Source: an uncultured virus (IMG/VR IMGVR_UViG_3300008117_000066) (taxonomy: Duplodnaviria > Heunggongvirae > Uroviricota > Caudoviricetes). From it: a stretch of 64,000 nt of DNA. Positions 58,586 to 64,000 of the stretch are shown in pieces (the first letter of the stretch is position 1; each line of letters opens with the position of its first letter). Made by a program: the position numbers and the translations under genes. The DNA lies in the IMG/VR virus record IMGVR_UViG_3300008117_000066; one strand, written 5' to 3'. The notes below the pieces were generated by a model. That model worked only from the letters and a program-made list of their open reading frames with translations. It did no database searches and was not told the DNA's origin.

Positions 58586-60583
58586 ATGGCAAATAAGAGA
58601 TTAGTAACCGAATTGTTTAAAACACATATGGCTCGTCAGCTTGTCGAATCATTGGCTGAGCAGTCGAATACCGCATATTACATGTTCACGGGTAAACATA
58701 CTCAATACCCTGACGGTGACACCACTGTAACGCAGCCTGTTGATACCATACAGTCGCTTTATATCGATAGCTATGAAAACATGCTATTTGGTAAAAGAGT
58801 CACATCGAATGATGTGAAGCACATGATCCCAAAAAACACCTGGACAAGTGGTACGGTTTACTCTATGTACGAGCACGACAACGCTGATCTTTTATCTGAA
58901 GATTTCTTTGTTGTTGTCAATGAATCAAGTCTTTATCATGTGTTCAAATGCCTTTACAACAACAATGGTGCAGAATCAACCGTACAGCCAAGTTTCAGCG
59001 ATACTTCTGCTGATGATACTTTCTACGAAACCACCGCTGATGGTTATCAGTGGAAATACATGTATACTGTTGACAGCACCACGTTTAACAAGTTCTCCAC
59101 CCTGGACTTCATGCCTGTTGTTGAAAACGCAAACGTCTCTGGGAATGCAGTTAGTGGTGCTATTGATGTTATCACAGTAACCACTGGTGGAGCTGGATAT
59201 AACAACTATATTTCTGGACAGTTTAATTCTGGTGGCATAAGAATATCAGGAAACAATATTGCCTATGGTATTTCCAATACAGCTTCATCGACCAATGGTT
59301 TTTACACAGACTGTTACATTTATATTACCTCTGGAACTGGTAACGGACAATACAAAAGAATTACAAATTACATAAATGATGGGACCGATAAAAAAATTAT
59401 ATTGGAATCACCATTTTCTTCAAATGTTGATAGTACATCAATTTACTCAATATCTCCAATTGTTGAAATAACCAGTGATGGTAATCAAACAGTTAACTGT
59501 GTCGCTCGTGCGTTGATCAACTCATCAAGCTCGAACTCAATCTATAAAATAGAAATTATTGATCGTGGAGCTGATTACAGAATAGCTTCTGCATCTGTCC
59601 TATATTCTAATGTTGTTCCTGTGTCAAATACTGCTGGTTTAAAAGTTATCATTGGACCAAAAGGTGGTCATGGTAGCAATCCAATTGATGAACTTGGTGG
59701 CACTCGTGTCGGGTTTTCTGTCAAATTCTCTAACACAGAATCAAGTACAATTCAGGCATCAAACGATTTTAGAACTGCTGGTATTCTTAAAGATCCGCTA
59801 TTTACTGGCGTTGATTTGAATACATCGGGAACAGTTGGAACATTTTCCGAAGGTGAAACAGTTTATCAATACAATCCAGTGGCGCTTGATGGAACAGTGT
59901 CCATTTCTGATACAGCATCGTCTATTACTGGTACTGGCACAACCTTTGGTACTCAAGTCCAAGCTGGTGATTTTGTATTGATCTCTGCTGGTACGAGCAA
60001 GCATTTTGGTGTTGTTAATAACGTTGTCAGCAACACATCTCTTTACCTGACAAGCAACGGAAGCTTTACAAATAGCGCATCCGACTTTGCTCTGATTGAA
60101 ACGTCAGCCCAAGGAACCGCAAGTGATGTTTCTACTGGATTGGTTCAGCTGACAAACGTTGCTGGTGTGTTCTCTGACAGCAGTATTATTATCGGCAGAA
60201 CATCATCTGCCACAGCAACAATAGACACTATTGATATCAACGGTGTCACGAAAGGATTCAACACCTTCAACCAAATGAAAGTCTTTGTCGGAGCGAACAC
60301 TCAGCCGTTTGCTAATGACGAAACAGTTAGCCAAGCATTTGGTGGAAACGCTAAGTTTCACTCTATAAATAGTGGTAAGATGTTTGTGACAAATCAACTT
60401 GGTATTATTAATACTAGCGATACCGTTGTTGGACAGACTTCTGGAGCAACCTTTACCATATCATCTAAATACCCAGGTGATATCGTAGTTGATAGCGGTG
60501 ACGTTATCTACGTAGAGAATTTCCCAGCAATTGAAAGAGCATCGGATCGTTCCGAAACAATCAAAGTAATCGTGGAGTTTTAA
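58586..60583 (+). CDS. 8: Baseplate wedge gp8 (extended)
   Basis: W.SGTVY..Y, VFKCL.N, DGYQWKYMY, PKGGHG and final K...EF; CTAAATA at 58552. Confidence 0.82.
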   Translation: MANKRLVTELFKTHMARQLVESLAEQSNTAYYMFTGKHTQYPDGDTTVTQPVDTIQSLYIDSYENMLFGKRVTSNDVKHMIPKNTWTSGTVYSMYEHDNADLLSEDFFVVVNESSLYHVFKCLYNNNGAESTVQPSFSDTSADDTFYETTADGYQWKYMYTVDSTTFNKFSTLDFMPVVENANVSGNAVSGAIDVITVTTGGAGYNNYISGQFNSGGIRISGNNIAYGISNTASSTNGFYTDCYIYITSGTGNGQYKRITNYINDGTDKKIILESPFSSNVDSTSIYSISPIVEITSDGNQTVNCVARALINSSSSNSIYKIEIIDRGADYRIASASVLYSNVVPVSNTAGLKVIIGPKGGHGSNPIDELGGTRVGFSVKFSNTESSTIQASNDFRTAGILKDPLFTGVDLNTSGTVGTFSEGETVYQYNPVALDGTVSISDTASSITGTGTTFGTQVQAGDFVLISAGTSKHFGVVNNVVSNTSLYLTSNGSFTNSASDFALIETSAQGTASDVSTGLVQLTNVAGVFSDSSIIIGRTSSATATIDTIDINGVTKGFNTFNQMKVFVGANTQPFANDETVSQAFGGNAKFHSINSGKMFVTNQLGIINTSDTVVGQTSGATFTISSKYPGDIVVDSGDVIYVENFPAIERASDRSETIKVIVEF

Positions 60584-60589
60584 GCAACA

Positions 60590-63500
60590 ATGACTATTCA
60601 GACCGATTTAAACGTGTCTCCATATTTCGATGACTACACAGCGAACAGCGACTACTACCGTATCCTGTTCAGACCAGGTGTAGCCGTCCAGGTCCGTGAG
60701 CTTAACCAGCTCCAAGCCATTCTTCAGAACCAAATCGAGAAGTTTGGTGATAACGTTTTCAAGCGTGGTACGATCATCGATGGTTGTAACTTCAACATCA
60801 TCCCGTACTACCCATATGCCAAGATCCTGGATCTTCAGATAGATGGTCAGCCTGTAACCCCAGCACTCTATGAAGGCTTGTATGCGAAGAACTCATCTAA
60901 TCTAGTATCGACAATCGTCAATTACCAGACTGGATTCGAGTCCCGTGACCCAGATCTTAACACACTCTACTTCAATTACATCAACAGTGGTGCAAGCAAA
61001 ACTGATACCGCATATGCTGCTGATCAAACTCTTACAGTTTACGATTCAAATAACATCATATACAAAGTTAATATCGTAGCTGGTTCATCTGCCTTCACCA
61101 ACTCTGATGTTGTTCATATCGTTTCAGCTATCGGTATTCAAAACTCTGTTGGTGGTCTAACCTTTGCCAATGGTGGATTCACTGTCGGTCAGAAGATCAC
61201 CCAGGCAACAACTGGATCCACAGCTGTCATTGTCGATGTTGACACCACAACAAACACCGAAATTACAATCCTGAAAGTAAAACCAGAATCAACCGACTTA
61301 ATTAATGCTGCTGCATCGTCAAGCGAATGGTCTTTCAGCGAAGGTCTGACAATCACTGCAAACACAACAAGCTCTACAGCTAATGTAATATCGATCATTG
61401 GCTCAAGCTCAACTGCAACATTAGTTACCGATGGTAGCGGTGTTATCTCTTCTGTTGCCGTAACAAACAGAGGTTCAGGATACTATGTGGCTCCTTATGT
61501 TGCGGTTCAGTCTGCAACGGGTATCATTGGTTCTCTGAACCTTACCGCCCAGAACTATATCGCACAAGTCACTGTTGCCTCGACTGCAAACGCTGTCGGC
61601 AACGGCTACGCTTTCGGTATCTCTGATGGTATCATCTACCAGAAAGGACACTTCCTTCGTGTCGATCCACAAGTGGTTGTTGTTGAAAAATACAATCAAT
61701 CTCCAGACAGTAAGGCTGTCGGCTTTGACACAATCGAAACCATCATCAACAGTAATATCGACACTTCGCTGCTCGACAATAGCACAGGAACTCTGAATAC
61801 TCAGGCTCCAGGTGCAAACCGACTGAAGCTTACTCCAACTCTGACTGTTATGTCTTCCGCAAACGCCGAAGCTAACTCAGACTTCTTCACGATTATTGAA
61901 TTTGCCGAAGGTCGCCCATTCAAGCAGAACCGCAAAACCCAGTACAATGCTATTGGTGATGAAATTGCACTGCGTTCATATGAACAAAGTGGTAACTTCA
62001 TCATTGACAAGTTCAACGTAACCACCAAGTCACCATCGACAATCAGCAGTGAAGCCAACAACTTCAATCTTGCTGTAGATCGTGGTCACGGTTACATCAA
62101 TGGTAAGCGTGTTATCACCCAGACAACATTCGAAGACACCATTCCAAAGAGCACCACATCTCAGGTTGTGAGCAACACCTACATCAATGTCAGCTATGGT
62201 AATTACATCCTGGTCAATGAGCTTGCTGGTAACTTCTTCTTCCCAGCTGGTACACAGATCTCGCTGAGAGATACTGCTGGTCTGTACTTGACAAACAACC
62301 GTACCCGTGTTACCAGCAATACAGCAGCAGCAATTGCAGTGTCTGGTACTGAGATCGGTAAGGCTCGTATTCGTTCCCTGGTCTATGAAGCTGGCACACC
62401 AGGTACACCTGATGCTGTCTACCGCATGTACCTATTCGATGTTGAGATGAATGCTGGCAAATCATTCAAGGATGCTAAGTCCGTATACCTGAACACAACA
62501 GACATTGACGGTATCGCAGATATCTATCTGACCTATGACTCAACCCTGCAAGCCAACGTTGCTCAGATTCAACAGCAAGGCTACAGTACCTTGATTCTCC
62601 CATCTGGTCTGGTTGCTACCAAAGCGGTAAACAACTTCACCTACGAATACAGAACCATTTCGTTCTCTGGCATCCAAGCAAACACCCAGGGTATCGTTGA
62701 GCTTACTCTGTCTGGTAGCGAAACATTCCCATACACAGGAAGCTTGAGTGCAAACGACAAAGAAGATCTGGTCGTGGTTCCGCTGGCTAACACACAAGCC
62801 ACAACCAATGCGACAGGCACAATCACAACCCTAACCACAAGTCCAAACCTTGTCGGCTCAAGCACAACATTCCTTGCCGACTTCGTTCCAGGTGATTATG
62901 TTCTGTTGTCAGATGGTACAAACTCTGATATCAGAAGAGTTGAAAAGGTTGTCAACAACACCTTGATGATCGCAGAAGCCAACACAAGCTATGCAAGCAG
63001 CGCCGTCAAAGCTAAGATGTTCTACCCACACAACGTTCCATTGAATTTATTCCGTGCGGGTCGTGGTGGTAACGTAAGTGTCAACCAACAGTCGCTTAAA
63101 ATTGCATTTGGTAATGCAATTCCTTCTGCTGTTAATGTCGCAGTTAGCTATACTGTCAAGGTTGCTAATGCTTCGCTTGATCAGAAAGTTGTGACTCGTG
63201 ATGCTAAAGTTCGTTTGAACCTGGCAAACAACGCTGCATCAAACAGTGGTCCTTGGTGCCTTGGTGTTCCAGAAATTATTCGCCTGAAAGGTGTCTATAA
63301 ATCTACCGATGTTGCAACAGTCAATCTGAACTCGGACGATGTTACTTCACACTTCTTTATCGACAGCAACCACACCGAAGACTACTTGGATCTTGGTTAT
63401 CTGTACAAGAAGCCAACCTCTACTCTGGCTCTGACAACAAGTGATGCACTGCTTGTCGTTTATGATGCACTGACCCGTACAGGTGACGGTCCAGCAACTG

Positions 63501-64000
63501 TATCTCAATATCCAATCAATGATACACTACAGCTGGCAAGCGCCTCGGCAACCATGCACACCCTGGAAATCCCAGAAGTGTTTGGTAACCGCGACAACTA
63601 CTATGATCTTCGTGACTGCATCGACTTCCGTCCTCGCGTTGTGAACACTGCTGTTGTCACTGCGACTCTGGCTTCGTCTAACATCAACCCTGTTGTGCAG
63701 ACTGCTGGTGGTAAGTTCGGTAACACTGTCGATCCAGCCAACAACAAGAAATTCCCAGTACCAGGAAGTGATAACTTCTTCACTGCCGAATACTACTTGG
63801 GTCGTAAGGATCGCGTGGTTGTCACAGGCAACAGTGATATCAAGATCATTGGTGGTACTCCAGACAGCTTGGCTCAGGCTAAGTTCTCTCCACCACCACA
63901 AGACAGCTTGACCATCGCAACCCTGGTTGTCCCACCATATCCTTCGATGCCTCTGACCCTTTCTGCCGAAATGTATCAGTACGCAGAAACGAATGTCATT
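60590..64000 (+). CDS. Large virion structural protein, DUF4815/VrlC-like (runs off the window end)
   Basis: Start translated by hand: MTIQTDLNVSPYFDDY...YRILFRPG..VQ.REL.QLQ.ILQNQIE.FG; not in the ORF track, consistent with no stop before the window end. Confidence 0.8.
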   Translation, partial: MTIQTDLNVSPYFDDYTANSDYYRILFRPGVAVQVRELNQLQAILQNQIEKFGDNVFKRGTIIDGCNFNIIPYYPYAKILDLQIDGQPVTPALYEGLYAKNSSNLVSTIVNYQTGFESRDPDLNTLYFNYINSGASKTDTAYAADQTLTVYDSNNIIYKVNIVAGSSAFTNSDVVHIVSAIGIQNSVGGLTFANGGFTVGQKITQATTGSTAVIVDVDTTTNTEITILKVKPESTDLINAAASSSEWSFSEGLTITANTTSSTANVISIIGSSSTATLVTDGSGVISSVAVTNRGSGYYVAPYVAVQSATGIIGSLNLTAQNYIAQVTVASTANAVGNGYAFGISDGIIYQKGHFLRVDPQVVVVEKYNQSPDSKAVGFDTIETIINSNIDTSLLDNSTGTLNTQAPGANRLKLTPTLTVMSSANAEANSDFFTIIEFAEGRPFKQNRKTQYNAIGDEIALRSYEQSGNFIIDKFNVTTKSPSTISSEANNFNLAVDRGHGYINGKRVITQTTFEDTIPKSTTSQVVSNTYINVSYGNYILVNELAGNFFFPAGTQISLRDTAGLYLTNNRTRVTSNTAAAIAVSGTEIGKARIRSLVYEAGTPGTPDAVYRMYLFDVEMNAGKSFKDAKSVYLNTTDIDGIADIYLTYDSTLQANVAQIQQQGYSTLILPSGLVATKAVNNFTYEYRTISFSGIQANTQGIVELTLSGSETFPYTGSLSANDKEDLVVVPLANTQATTNATGTITTLTTSPNLVGSSTTFLADFVPGDYVLLSDGTNSDIRRVEKVVNNTLMIAEANTSYASSAVKAKMFYPHNVPLNLFRAGRGGNVSVNQQSLKIAFGNAIPSAVNVAVSYTVKVANASLDQKVVTRDAKVRLNLANNAASNSGPWCLGVPEIIRLKGVYKSTDVATVNLNSDDVTSHFFIDSNHTEDYLDLGYLYKKPTSTLALTTSDALLVVYDALTRTGDGPATVSQYPINDTLQLASASATMHTLEIPEVFGNRDNYYDLRDCIDFRPRVVNTAVVTATLASSNINPVVQTAGGKFGNTVDPANNKKFPVPGSDNFFTAEYYLGRKDRVVVTGNSDIKIIGGTPDSLAQAKFSPPPQDSLTIATLVVPPYPSMPLTLSAEMYQYAETNVI

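Noticed and set aside
1..64000. Stop-codon reassignment, tRNA genes, integrase or prophage boundaries
   Set aside because: Core genes are full length in the standard code; no cloverleaf, integrase or host-like genes were recognised by eye (tRNAscan not run).

Overview
A 64-kb segment of a lytic T4-superfamily myovirus that uses ThyX; the host is probably a proteobacterium (inference). 1-12 kb: nucleotide metabolism and replication genes (thyX, nrdA/nrdB, GIY-YIG nuclease, RNase H, PD-(D/E)XK exonuclease), an M15 endolysin and a glycosyltransferase. 12.1-15.4 kb: a late operon of candidate internal-head proteins with T4 IP-like capsid-targeting N-termini. About 17-30 kb: a cassette-built island of small early genes (including DUF1281, DUF932 and a SprT-like protein), bounded by two unusual non-coding regions. 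30-42 kb: further early genes, a large glycine-zipper late protein and a nucleotide-processing cluster. 42-64 kb: genes 33, 59 and 32, then the tail/baseplate module (51, 26, 54, 2, 4, 48, 53, hub, 5, 25, 6, 7, 8 and a DUF4815-type protein running off the end). The strongest unexplained signal is an 11-bp-period direct repeat (RTTCAG-N5-RTTCAG). It sits at two fixed geometries at 14 early promoters, as an OmpR/PhoB/PhoP-family box would, which suggests the island is a regulon wired to a host or phage response regulator. Other highlights are promoter/terminator fusion cassettes, a possible long terminal repeat or first-injected region, protease-processed packaged polyproteins, a probable gp26/gp51 -1 frameshift and a gene 32 pseudoknot. 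All family calls come from reading motifs by eye; no database searches were run.
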